From: Nemertoderma westbladi
Taxonomy: Eukaryota; Animalia; Xenacoelomorpha
Direction of reading: 5' to 3'
Length of the DNA stretch: 64,000 bases
NCBI GenBank assembly: GCA_032718475.1
Contig: JAUCBJ010005606.1
Coordinates: forward strand, 1,471 to 65,470
Positions 1 through 10,591 of the stretch are shown piece by piece. Position numbers and translations under genes: made by a program. The notes below the pieces were generated by a model, which ran no database searches, was not told the DNA's origin, and saw only the letters and a list, made by a program, of their open reading frames with translations. Positions within the stretch are counted from its first letter, which is position 1. Every line of letters begins with the position of its first letter.

Positions 1-872
1 GGGGAGAGGCTTTAGTTGACCTTTAGTCCAAATTGGTGGTGGCTTTTCCCCTTTTAACATCCGGTTGCAAACATTCAATAATGGTCTATTTAGCACTCCG
101 GTTTTCCATACCTCCGCTGGGATTTCATCTAATCCACTCGCTTTATTATTGGTCATGCTTTTAATGCTTCTTTGGAGTTCGGCAGGTGTGAAGTCCCCTG
201 TTTCTATAGGTAGTGTCTTGTCATATATTTTCCTTGTAGGGCTGACCTCGATGTTTGGTGGCTGCCCAAGCAAGTTGCTGAAGTGATTTTTCCACTTCCC
301 AACACGTTCTTCAGGACTATCGGCTTTGAGGTGCCCCTTTGCACAACTTTTCCGACCAGATACCTCATTTACAGTTTGCCAGGTAAGTCTTGATTGTTGC
401 TGTATGTGAGCAGTTGTAATTGCTTCAGTTTTATCCTGTATGTACTTTTCCTGGCTGATGTTGTAGGCCAATTTAAGGTCGTCCTTAGCTTTCTCAACCT
501 TGTTAATGTTTTCGGTTGTTGGTTGTTCGGTTTTAACTTTGTAGGCTATCTTAAGATCTTCTCTCTTACAAGTAACCTCAGAGTTTTGCCATGGCACATA
601 CTGTTTTCGTTTAGGTTTCTGGGGGATATGCCTCTTAGCTGATTCCTTGTGGGCTGTTATTATATTCTGGTATATTGAATCGGTGGATTGGTCTTCATCC
701 ATTGGCTGAAGTGCTTCAAAGCGGTTTCGAACTTCTACTGTATAAGCATCCTTTACAGCATTGTCAGTTCTGAGTTTCTCCCAGTCATAGTTGATTTGCT
801 TGCTTGTCCTGGGTTTGCTGGCTCTCAAACTGAGTCTGATCTCTGCAGTCACAATTCTGTGGTCCGAACCAA
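1..872 (-). mobile_element. Non-LTR retrotransposon (RTE-like LINE) ORF fragment: end of APE endonuclease to start of RT, running off the window edge
   Basis: Minus-strand translation from 870 reads GSDHRIVTAEIRLSL (APE C-terminal SDH motif), and later WKNHFSNLLG...NNKASGLDEIPAEVWK (pre-RT motif typical of LINEs). Confidence 0.8.
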
Positions 873-1091
873 TTATATTTTATAAATCTTTGATATTTAA
901 TTGTATTGTAATTTAAAGTCTTCGGAAGTTAAAAGACTAAAATGTCCGATTAATAAGAGTTTATTCATAGGCCTATTATTTGAAGGCCAAAGTCTTCAAA
1001 TAATGGCGAATGGGTTTATATCGCCATATAGGGTCAATACTATTGGTGAATATAAATTGTGGTGCCCTACCCATTTCTCTGCTACTACTGT

Positions 1092-1778
1092 ACACCTTCG
1101 TGAGGCCTTCGCGCAACACGAGACTCAGCTATGAGACATAAATTAAAATTGAGTGATTCTATCAGAAGTTCAGATAATCATACAAAACCGCCAATCAATA
1201 AAAGAAAGGGTACCCCTTTTAAATCTGCACCCAATTTGAAAATTAAGCAATTTAATATTAACATACTCTAATAGGAATAGGAGGAGGAGGGATGCAGAGA
1301 GGCTATGCAAGTTTTGTGAAAATCTTTAGCTGCCCAATCTCTCTCCCTGTCTTGTAGTTACATTACCCCTACCCCCCCCCCCTCCACTTCCAGTGAAACA
1401 TTCTGATTAGCTCACAGTAACAACTCCTACAGCTAGCAACTCCACACCAGTAGTAATGACTTGATGTTTACCAATAATGAGCAGGATTACATTTATTTTT
1501 AATAATTGTGCCGTTTTAATTACGTTTAGATCAATTAAGGACACATATTTTATTAAAGCAAATCACTTGAACTAATCAAAAACTATAATAGAATGGGGTA
1601 TGGGGATTACAGCTGTATTATTTTTAAGTACAATTATTTTAATCTTATTCTAGAAAATAAGTTTGGTTATATTTCATCAAAGATTGGCCGAGTTATTGGA
1701 CACTACAGAAAGATAGATCAACAGAACGACAGGTTCATTAATGGCTAAGGCTCATCTTACTTCGTGGCTCGCCCGACA
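1092..1778 (+). mobile_element. Non-autonomous Helentron/HINE-like element copy
   Basis: 5' end ACACCTTCGTGAGGCCTTCGCGCAACACGAGACTCAG matches 26171, 34461 and 37705. 3' end GCTAAGGCTC..ACTTCGTGGCTCGCCC matches about 35972-36008. Internal block 1500-1575 recurs at about 33245 and 38740. Superfamily is inferred. Confidence 0.55.
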
Positions 1779-1996
1779 GTACGATTTTCGTATACTTTAG
1801 TATAAAAGACGGTATCCTTTCGAAATGACAGACTTTATTCGATCCAGACGTGATAGTTTTATACATATTATACTGTCCAAGGTACACTATAGAACGGAAT
1901 TAACAATGGGATTGCTGTAACCAGCTTTTCAATGATAATTCAATTTCAGTGTTCAATTTTTCTAAGAGAAACCCGAAACACAATAGAGGCAAGCAT

Positions 1997-2380
1997 CTAC
2001 ATTCTACCTACATTCTACCTACAGTCTACCTACATTCTACCTACAGTCTACATACATTCTACCTACAGTTTACCTATATTCTACCTACAGTCTACCTACA
2101 TTCTACCTACAGTCTACCTACATTCTACCTACAGTCTACATACATTCTACCTACAGTTTACCTACAGTCTACATACATTCTACCTACAGTTTACCTATAT
2201 TCTACCTACAGTCTACCTACATTCTACCTACAGTCTACCTATATTCTACCTACAGTCTACCTACATTCTACCTACATTATACCTACAGTTTACCTACAGT
2301 CTACCTACATTCTACCTACATTCTACCTACAGTTTACCTACATTCTACCTACAGTTTACCTACAGTTTACCTCCTACAGT
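1997..2380. repeat. Minisatellite of about 11-bp units (CTACATTCTAC / CTACAGTCTAC / CTACAGTTTAC)
   Basis: Directly visible tandem array; it explains the repetitive ORFs 1932-2393 and 1949-2521. Confidence 0.9.
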
Positions 2381-5300
2381 TTCAAATCTTTAGCCTTCAT
2401 TCAGTCTTCAATCTTTAGCTGCCTGTTCAATAGAAGTGGAATAACTAGGAAGGCAAAAGTCAAGAGCACAGATTTTAGTTTTATATTTGTCGTTGGATGT
2501 GGTTTTCAGTTGTTGGGGTAGTGATTAACCCAATCTTCTACAATGACTCCAAAACACAGGGTAGAAGATTTAACAGTCCCACTATATTGATTGGATTGTC
2601 AAGTAACTCTGACTCAAGTCACTGTCTGAGATTCATGGCTTCTTCTTTGCTCTTAAATTAATTGTTCTGGAACATCTGATTTGGGACAGTAATCATGCTG
2701 TATTAACATAAGTAGCCTACATACCTCCAGGCTTGAAATCATAATACTGCTATAACAAATTTTCAAATTTAAAAATTTGTAGTTTCGCAGCCACCAGAGG
2801 CGCATCCACAAGGAGGCTGAATTTATTGTGAGCCATAGTATGACATACATTAGGTTTTTTTAATTAGATTTTTTTGAGTAATTTGACACATGCATCGAAT
2901 TGTTTCGCGAAAAAAATTTGTTTTGCTCGAATAAATTAGTTTTCGCACGAAAAAATTAGTTGTTGCGCGAAAAAATTAGTTTTTGAGCGAAAAATCGTTT
3001 TTTTTTTACATGAAAAAATTATTTATACGCGAAAAAAATTTTTTTTGATAGTAAAATTTCGTTTTTTGTGCGTACTTTTTGTGCGTAAGTTTTTACGAGC
3101 CGAAAGAATTTTTGGAAAAGGCAAGTTTAAATTGTGAACCTATTTCTGAACTTTTTATTGTGGACTCAAGTCCAAGTCTGCATCACTATCAGTCCTGCAG
3201 CCAGTGCAGTTGTAGTGTGGCCGCAATTGATTATCACAGAATCAGCCAGTGCCATGGCTGGGGTAAGTATTTATTTTAGGTATTTATTTGTCGTCAATGC
3301 CGTAATGAGGTTAATCTATTCGATAATTTGGTCCGGCTGCGATAGTTAGCAACAAACACAAACTCTTCCGAAACTATCAGAAGGCCAACCAGTATAGAGA
3401 ATAGGCTAAGTACTACTTCAGTGGAGTCTATGACAAGTATTGGCAGGATGGCCATGATGAACCTCTGAGTCTGACCAACGAAATAAGTCGTTTTTATACC
3501 AGAGAGGGCTAGCGTTGGCATTAGGTTAGCTAGGAGGTGAGGTTCAGGGTTATTGCTCAATCGTACTCGTCAGAATACTTGTACCATTACAACTACAAAC
3601 CTAAGATTATCCGTGACTCCGAGCGGCCTATTGTTGGTAGGCTTTCTGTAGAAACCTACAGCTACAATCAACATACCATTAATAATTCTTCGCCAGCAAT
3701 CAACTTCACTGAAAAATTCCACTACCGAGAAACACTGCATTCTCGAATTTACTATTTGTGTGATGACAAATCAATCATCCGTGATAAGATTAGTTATTTG
3801 TTAAGGTATCAACCACCTTGTTCCAACAATTACAACTTTGTTAAAGCTCCAAATAAAACTATAACACCAAGTTGTATCCCTGAGGGATTTCACTTCGACG
3901 GAAAGGGTCTACATACCCTATATCCTGGGAACCGGATGATTGACTTACAACTTCTATCTAGAGAAAGAAGTCAGCCCGGTAGTGCTACCGTTGGAGAATC
4001 TTCCAGTTTCAGTATCGCATCCCATGACGATGAAGGAGGTGCTGAAGTTTTCGTCCTTTCACCTCCCTGACTCTTTTTTTTTAACCTAATGTAACTGAAT
4101 AGGACATTACTGACGCTTAGAGAAATACTGCTGGAACTTGAAACTCGAATTGACAACAGTAATTCGAACTTAGTAAATGTCACGAGAATGATGTTTTAGA
4201 TAGCTGTCTGCGTGCGTTTGAAAGGCGAACATTCAACCCATGATATACTATTGTTTGTTTTGTGGGCGAACAATGAATAGACAAACGGAGTTCTCCCGAG
4301 TACTATTGCGTAGTATACAAAGAGATGCCACTCTTTAGTGGCGAAGAAAATTGAAAGGTATTAATTAACCTTCGGTTATAATTGTAAGTTTCATAACAAA
4401 TATTGTATAATAGTAATAATATAATATACAACTGCATCCTGTACTATACTTACTGCTTTGGTTAGAATAACGTGCCACTGTAACCTGCCCCTTGCATTTA
4501 ATTGATGATTTAACATTGAGAAAAATTTTAATTCGCCGAGATATTTATATTTTAAGGTCTCAACTGGGAAATTTATTATACTGTCGGGTATTGACAGTAA
4601 ACAACATAACAAACAGTAGCACAACTAACCCAGAGCAATAAAATGTAAGATGCCCCTCGGAAAGTATACAGTATGCTAATTAGTTCAGCAGCTAGGTGAT
4701 TGTGCCTGGATGCCAAATGCCATGGGACAAAAAGAGGAAATTGTAAAGTAGAATAAAATTCAGGTATATTCTGGTGCTCGTAATCATAGAAAATCGCACT
4801 GGTGCCTGTTTTATGTTAAGATAGTTGGCAAGGCAAAGTCATTTATCTTTTCTAAAATGTTTGCAAATGTATATGTAAATACGAAATCGTGTATCTTGAT
4901 GCAAATAAACCTCCATATTTTATTTACTGCATGGACAATTATAATATATTATTATGTAAACATTCCATTTGGAATGCGAAATTGAGTTAATTAAAAAGTA
5001 TCAAAGTTCACTTAGAGGAACTCGTAAAGGCTTAATGATGTGAATGACGAATAATGTAATATATCACTGTGTAGTTAAACAATTAACTTATTAGTTTGTT
5101 AATGACTGCTGAGAGGCCGGCATGTAGAATTAAGCATAATCGTAGAACTTTTTGCAATGTTTGTCATTTGTAAATTTATTAAAAGTTTACCTTGCCATAA
5201 AAACAATCCTCCAAATGATCGGATACCATATAATTCATCCCCATACTGCTGGCACTGTATAATGAAGGTTAGAATACATTTAAAATACAATAATGTATGT

Positions 5301-5384
5301 AATACAATAACCAGAAAGTGAACACGTGGTCTCACAGCATTACATACAATAGTTATTTCATGTAGATCATGATCCGGTTGACAG

Positions 5385-6474
5385 ACTTCGTGGCAATCGA
5401 AAAGGGTTCCACAGGTATATGTACCCTGGAGCCTAATCTGGTACTTTGGTCAAGCAATGTGAGTTGAATCCAATAACACAGATCCATTCGAAGTGTTATG
5501 CGGAGTCCTCCAGGGTGATACATTTGCACCATTCTTATTCATAATTGTAGTTGACCATGACCATATTCTACATGGCTTCAAATCAATGTCAATGGGGTGA
5601 TGGTTACTCCACGTACTGGCTCCATAAGTCGAGGAAATCCAGCCAAGTACTTAACTGTAGACTTTAGGAGTGGGGAGTACTTAGGGGATGACTTAGGAGT
5701 ACTCTCAGAATCACTAGAGGAAGCCCAATGGCTCATCTTCTCATTAGAACAGGCTGCTTCTAGTGTTGGTCAACAAGACCAAAATTTTGACAGTTCGAAA
5801 TGTGTGATTGTATGAGAATAAGCTCAAATGATGGTATGTTTGAGCATGTGGGCGACTTCTGTTACCTGGGATCATGGATCCGGAAGTCAGGTGAGGACCT
5901 TCGAATATGTAAGGGAAAGGAAAGGCATGGGCAGCCTTGAATAGGCTTTCCCGGATTTGGAAGTCACCGAGAATTAATCGTAAACTTAAGGTCCGATTAT
6001 TTAGAGCAGCAGTAGTTCCAGTACTCCTCTATGGGAGTCCATGCTGGGCTTTAACTGCTAAGGACACCAAATCTCTGGATGGCACATTCACAAGAATGCT
6101 ACGCCGAGTTCATTGTGTCAAGTACAATGCACACATCTCTAACCAGACACTATGTAACATTGGAGGTGACTCATTGGTACCCCCAAGCTTAACACTAGAA
6201 CAAAATCGCCTCCGCTTTGCAGGACATTGCTTTCGCCGTGAGGACCAGCCAGTGCATAATCTTGTACATTGGCAGCCTCATGGAGTGAATAAGCATGGTG
6301 GACAGCCCATGACTTTCTTGAGACACATCTTAAAGGACACTGGCCTTGAAGATGCGGATGATCTAGCAAATGTCATGGGTGATAGGGAGTTGTGGCGGCG
6401 CAATTTTGTCGACAAGCCGGCACAGCATTCTTTCAAATGCAGCTGCAATGCAGCATGCCGATCCTAGTAGTAGT
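5385..6474 (+). mobile_element. RTE-like LINE 3' portion (decayed RT and C-terminal domain)
   Basis: GVLQGDTFAPFLFIIVVD near 5500-5555; ORF 5937-6467 has KVRLFRAAVVPVLLYGS and RLRFAGHCFRR; it ends in a (TAG)n tail at about 6465. Confidence 0.85.
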
Positions 6475-6955
6475 TGTACATAACTTGTCATCTGAAGGGA
6501 AGCACCAGCAAATCGAATTATTCAATATAAAGCATCAACACCCATCTGGTTAACCTCCATTAAACTCCATCAACCTCCGTTAAACTCCAATAATTTTACT
6601 AAGAAGGAAAATTAAATATAATTTATTTACAATGTAGCTTGATACCATAAAATGGTCATAATCGTGGACAAAATTTATCCGCCAATAATAATGTGACACA
6701 ATTATTCTCATGTGATCGAAATTATTATTTAAAATATAAAATAAAATTTGAAATAATTATTATTTTGTTAACCTACCCGTACCCTATTTTCTTTGTAAAT
6801 AATGGATAAAATTTCCAAAGAATCATGTTGGTCTTATGGTATTGATATGCTGAAGCACAATAATTGATTTACGAGGATAATTTATTGATTTAGGAATTTT
6901 ATATAAGTATATTTTGAGAAATCATCTTTGAATTCTCATTTATTATGGTGCGAAT

Positions 6956-9900
6956 ATGGTAAAATATACCTTCTTATATAGTATTCTAATGTGTTATTGG
7001 GTTTCTCTTCCTTATTGTTATAGTACTACGAATAATTTCAATGTAGTAAAATCAATAAACTCCAAAAACTTATCACATCTCACACCAGTCGACAAAACTA
7101 ATTGTATTAATTGTAGTTGCCCCCCCTCAATGGTAAATGACAAATGTATATTTAACTCCAAAGATATAAATGATGAAAAGGCTATTATTACATGCAAAAC
7201 CAAAAACCAAGTCTCCAAATGTACCTACAAATCTCAAAGTTTATCTCATATATACCACCCTCCTGATGAGACTGTGTATCTCATAAAAAAGGTTGACTAC
7301 TGGAAGGATGAAATAGATCCAATGATAACATGCACTCCAAGTAAGTCAAATGAACAATGTGAACCCCACAATATTAGGCTTGAAATTGAATATCCTGCTG
7401 AGGATGTCGAGATCTATGTTGGAGAAAATGATTTACCACAAGATTTAAGAGTCAAGCCAGGAGTAGATGTTCAGTTGCGCTGTAGATACATTGATGGTCA
7501 TCCTTCAACGAAATGCCACCAATGGTATAAAAATGAAGAAATAATAAAAGATGAAGATTCAAAGGAACTTAATTTTAAAAATATTTCAAAAAAAGATGCC
7601 GGGAATTATGAATGTGAGGCATTAACAACATATTCGAATGGAGATACCGATTCTACAGAGTCAGAAATTGTTAAAATTATAGTTGAATATTGTGATAATA
7701 TAATCTTAGACCTTGGGAAAACATCAGAATCACCCAACTACTCAAATCTAACTACATATACCAATTATAATGTTACAATTATAGTTGGTGAGCTTGTCGA
7801 GTTTGAGTGGAAATATAATTCAACAACAGTGTCGACAGATATATATTTCTCATGGTCAGGGACAGGGACACCAGATATCCATCAGGATCACAAAATAAAA
7901 TTCATTGCCAGCAAGGACTACAAGGGTAATTTGTTAACAGTAGCTAAATGTCTGTTTCAGTGTGAAGGATGTCAGCAAGAGATAAATTACAGAGCTAACA
8001 TAAGCATTGACGTCGTATATTGTATAGATGCAAAACTCATTATTACTTATAATGAGAATCCAGTCTCAATCCCAAATGATGGCAACGTAATTGTTATAAG
8101 AGATAGTGAGGTTGTGTTGCAACTGGTGGTTGATGCTAATATAGAACTTGTTTACAGCTGGAAGGGGCCTGGTATAATAATCTCAAATGTGTCTCAACAA
8201 GCTTTTATTGCAACAACCAATAGAAACGGCCAATTCAATGCCTCAATTTCATGTTTATATGACTCATATTTAAATTATACAAACGATTATTCTTTCAGTT
8301 TCAACTTGAAAATTGGAATTCCCCCTGAGCTAGACAATCCAGAACAAGTTGAGGAAGTTGATAAACATGAGAATGTTACAATGAAATGTGAAGCCTGGAG
8401 CAATCCGCCACCCAGAGGTGACTATGGAGTTGTAGAGTGGCGATTTCAAAATCCAAACAATGACCCAATTAAGCCAGACAACAAGACGAAATTTATCACC
8501 ATACAGTCTGTAGATTTGCCAAATGATGGGCAATGGCATACTGAAACCTCATTAAAGATTGTGAATGCTGATGTACAAGCTGATGGAAAATATTATTGCG
8601 ATTTTACTAATGGTGTTGGGGTAAAGGGAAGTGGTGTAGTCGTATTACTTATCAGAAGAGAACCAGAACTAATTGATGTGAAATCAATAGAAGTTGAATG
8701 GCTCAATGCAACACAAATGAAAATATCTTGGCAAGAAAGCGATAATGGTGGTTATACACAGTATTATCAGATTGAGTTATATGAATTTCCATTGAATCCT
8801 GTACTGAAAGAAGAACCAACTAATGAAACTTCCCAATATCTCATTCAAAAGTTAAACCTTAGTGAGGGCAATAGTGAATTTGTTCAAAGTGGCGTCAGTG
8901 GAAATTATGAATATCAGCTATTCTATCAATCATGTAATAGGCTGGGGTGTACTGTTAAAGAACATGCATATATCAAATACAACTATACTCCCAATAAATC
9001 GTCACAAGGTCTAAGTGAAGGTACGAAAATTACCATTGCTGTTGTTATATCTGTAACAATTATTATTAGTATAGCAATTGCTGTGTACTATATGATATTT
9101 CGAATAACAAGAAAACCAACAAAGAGTGAAGAACCTCCTGTAAACCCTTCACAAGGTAAAACCGTAAATGATGTTTATAGTGATTACATAGAATATGGAT
9201 CAGCAAATTATTCAAATAATAGGAAATCTCTAACTGAATACAAACCTAAAACAAACCGTGAATCATTACGCTCAAAAGACTCCACAAAAGAAGCCGCAGA
9301 TATATATGCAGAATATGCAGTGTCTGGTGGTTCAATGGAGGAAGTTAAGAAAGAGCTGAAAAGTGCAAAAAACGATTTAGTTCTTAAAAATACAAATAAT
9401 GCTCCACGTGTATCGAATGTTCCTCCAAGAAATGTTACCTTTGGTGTTAAGGACCATTCACGCTTCTCCACTGCAGTCCCAGATGCTCATGACAACCAAG
9501 TCACAGTAGATAATGAAGACTATGTGGAACTTGGGAGTGAAACCTACTACACTACAGACACTATTAATGTGACTAAACCAATGGAACAACCAACACCAAC
9601 AACACAAACAACAAAACCGAAGGGTTACTTGAAGAGGTTACGGGCACTAGCTAAGAGTTTCTCCAAGAATGCTATTAATTCACCCAAGAATGATAACCCA
9701 GTTGACCATGAATACTTTGTCTATGATTGTCAACACAAAATCAATTCCCAAGGGAGGAAAGGAACATCTATGACTACTGATAATCCTGCATTTTTACCAG
9801 ATCCCGAAGATAACTCAAACTCACTAAACTATATTCCAACAACCTCAGGTGAACGATTGAATACCAATAGATGGAGTTCAAATACAACAGACAATGACCA

Positions 9901-10399
9901 GGAACCTGCAGAATATTTTGTAATTAAACGAGAAAATTCGGTAGAATGTCTGGAAGTTGAATATGGAACTTCAACGTCTTTCCCAAATTCTAATATAAAA
10001 CAGATGCAGAGTTTTAAAGGCACAATCGGAAATGTGATGCCTAAATCTAATTTAAGGAATGTCAAAGAAATTCAATCAAAAGATGCCGGCTATGTAGACC
10101 ACGAGGCTAATTCTGGAATATATTCTTCAGTTATAAAACAAGTAAAAAAAGAACATGATACACCAATTAATATTCCTGGAGTTGTTAGATCAGAAGATGT
10201 AGATAAATACCACCAAAATGATGATGATACTGCAGTATATACAACCGTTGTAAAACCGCTAGGGAAAACAGAAGATAAACCAAAAAATATTCCTGGTCTT
10301 ATAGTTCAACCAAATGAAGAGCTTGATGGATCTGATACAGAAAAACCGGATATTCCAGAATATAGTCCGGCACTTTTTAACATTCTTTTAACATTCTAA
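6956..10399 (+). CDS. Receptor gene 1: single-ORF type-I membrane protein (SP, about 5 Ig-like, FN3, TM, long Tyr-rich tail), 1147 aa
   Basis: Hydrophobic N-terminus; Ig motifs VQLRC..WYKN..DAGNYECEA and VTMKC..VEW..DGKYYCDFTN; FN3 motif ISWQESDNGGYTQYYQIELY; TM ITIAVVISVTIIISIAIAVYYMIF (about 9029-9100); three paralogs in the window. Confidence 0.93.
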   Translation: MVKYTFLYSILMCYWVSLPYCYSTTNNFNVVKSINSKNLSHLTPVDKTNCINCSCPPSMVNDKCIFNSKDINDEKAIITCKTKNQVSKCTYKSQSLSHIYHPPDETVYLIKKVDYWKDEIDPMITCTPSKSNEQCEPHNIRLEIEYPAEDVEIYVGENDLPQDLRVKPGVDVQLRCRYIDGHPSTKCHQWYKNEEIIKDEDSKELNFKNISKKDAGNYECEALTTYSNGDTDSTESEIVKIIVEYCDNIILDLGKTSESPNYSNLTTYTNYNVTIIVGELVEFEWKYNSTTVSTDIYFSWSGTGTPDIHQDHKIKFIASKDYKGNLLTVAKCLFQCEGCQQEINYRANISIDVVYCIDAKLIITYNENPVSIPNDGNVIVIRDSEVVLQLVVDANIELVYSWKGPGIIISNVSQQAFIATTNRNGQFNASISCLYDSYLNYTNDYSFSFNLKIGIPPELDNPEQVEEVDKHENVTMKCEAWSNPPPRGDYGVVEWRFQNPNNDPIKPDNKTKFITIQSVDLPNDGQWHTETSLKIVNADVQADGKYYCDFTNGVGVKGSGVVVLLIRREPELIDVKSIEVEWLNATQMKISWQESDNGGYTQYYQIELYEFPLNPVLKEEPTNETSQYLIQKLNLSEGNSEFVQSGVSGNYEYQLFYQSCNRLGCTVKEHAYIKYNYTPNKSSQGLSEGTKITIAVVISVTIIISIAIAVYYMIFRITRKPTKSEEPPVNPSQGKTVNDVYSDYIEYGSANYSNNRKSLTEYKPKTNRESLRSKDSTKEAADIYAEYAVSGGSMEEVKKELKSAKNDLVLKNTNNAPRVSNVPPRNVTFGVKDHSRFSTAVPDAHDNQVTVDNEDYVELGSETYYTTDTINVTKPMEQPTPTTQTTKPKGYLKRLRALAKSFSKNAINSPKNDNPVDHEYFVYDCQHKINSQGRKGTSMTTDNPAFLPDPEDNSNSLNYIPTTSGERLNTNRWSSNTTDNDQEPAEYFVIKRENSVECLEVEYGTSTSFPNSNIKQMQSFKGTIGNVMPKSNLRNVKEIQSKDAGYVDHEANSGIYSSVIKQVKKEHDTPINIPGVVRSEDVDKYHQNDDDTAVYTTVVKPLGKTEDKPKNIPGLIVQPNEELDGSDTEKPDIPEYSPALFNILLTF

Positions 10400-10591
10400 C
10401 AACTTTCTATAGCTGCTACCCGAGAGTAGTAGGGGTGGGTGCTACTCCTATCCCAAGATTTGCTCCCAATTATTTAACTGGTACACATTTTATCAACCCC
10501 AGTGGATGAAAGGCTGAGTGGACCCTGGCGAGGCTGAACCTACAACCAATAGATTGCAGGCCCGGTGCTCAGCCAACTGAGCTACCCCGCC
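10385..10591 (-). mobile_element. tRNA-derived SINE abutting or overlapping the 3' end of gene 1
   Basis: Reverse complement: GGCGGGGTAGCTCAGTTGG (A box)...GGTTCAGCCTCGCC (B-box-like), then GTCCACTCAGCCTTTCATCC..GATAAAATGTGTACCAG, which resembles a central motif conserved in metazoan SINE families. Confidence 0.75.

Noticed and set aside
3537-4070. 177-aa ORF as a gene
   Set aside because: Non-ATG start, no recognisable domain and no paralog in the window.
6956-10399. Assigning a gene symbol (nephrin, sidestep, Alr, hemicentin)
   Set aside because: Only architecture-level similarity is visible; orthology cannot be established without searches.
10520-10591. Functional tRNA gene
   Set aside because: The B box is degenerate, no clear T-run terminator follows, and it continues into a SINE-like body.
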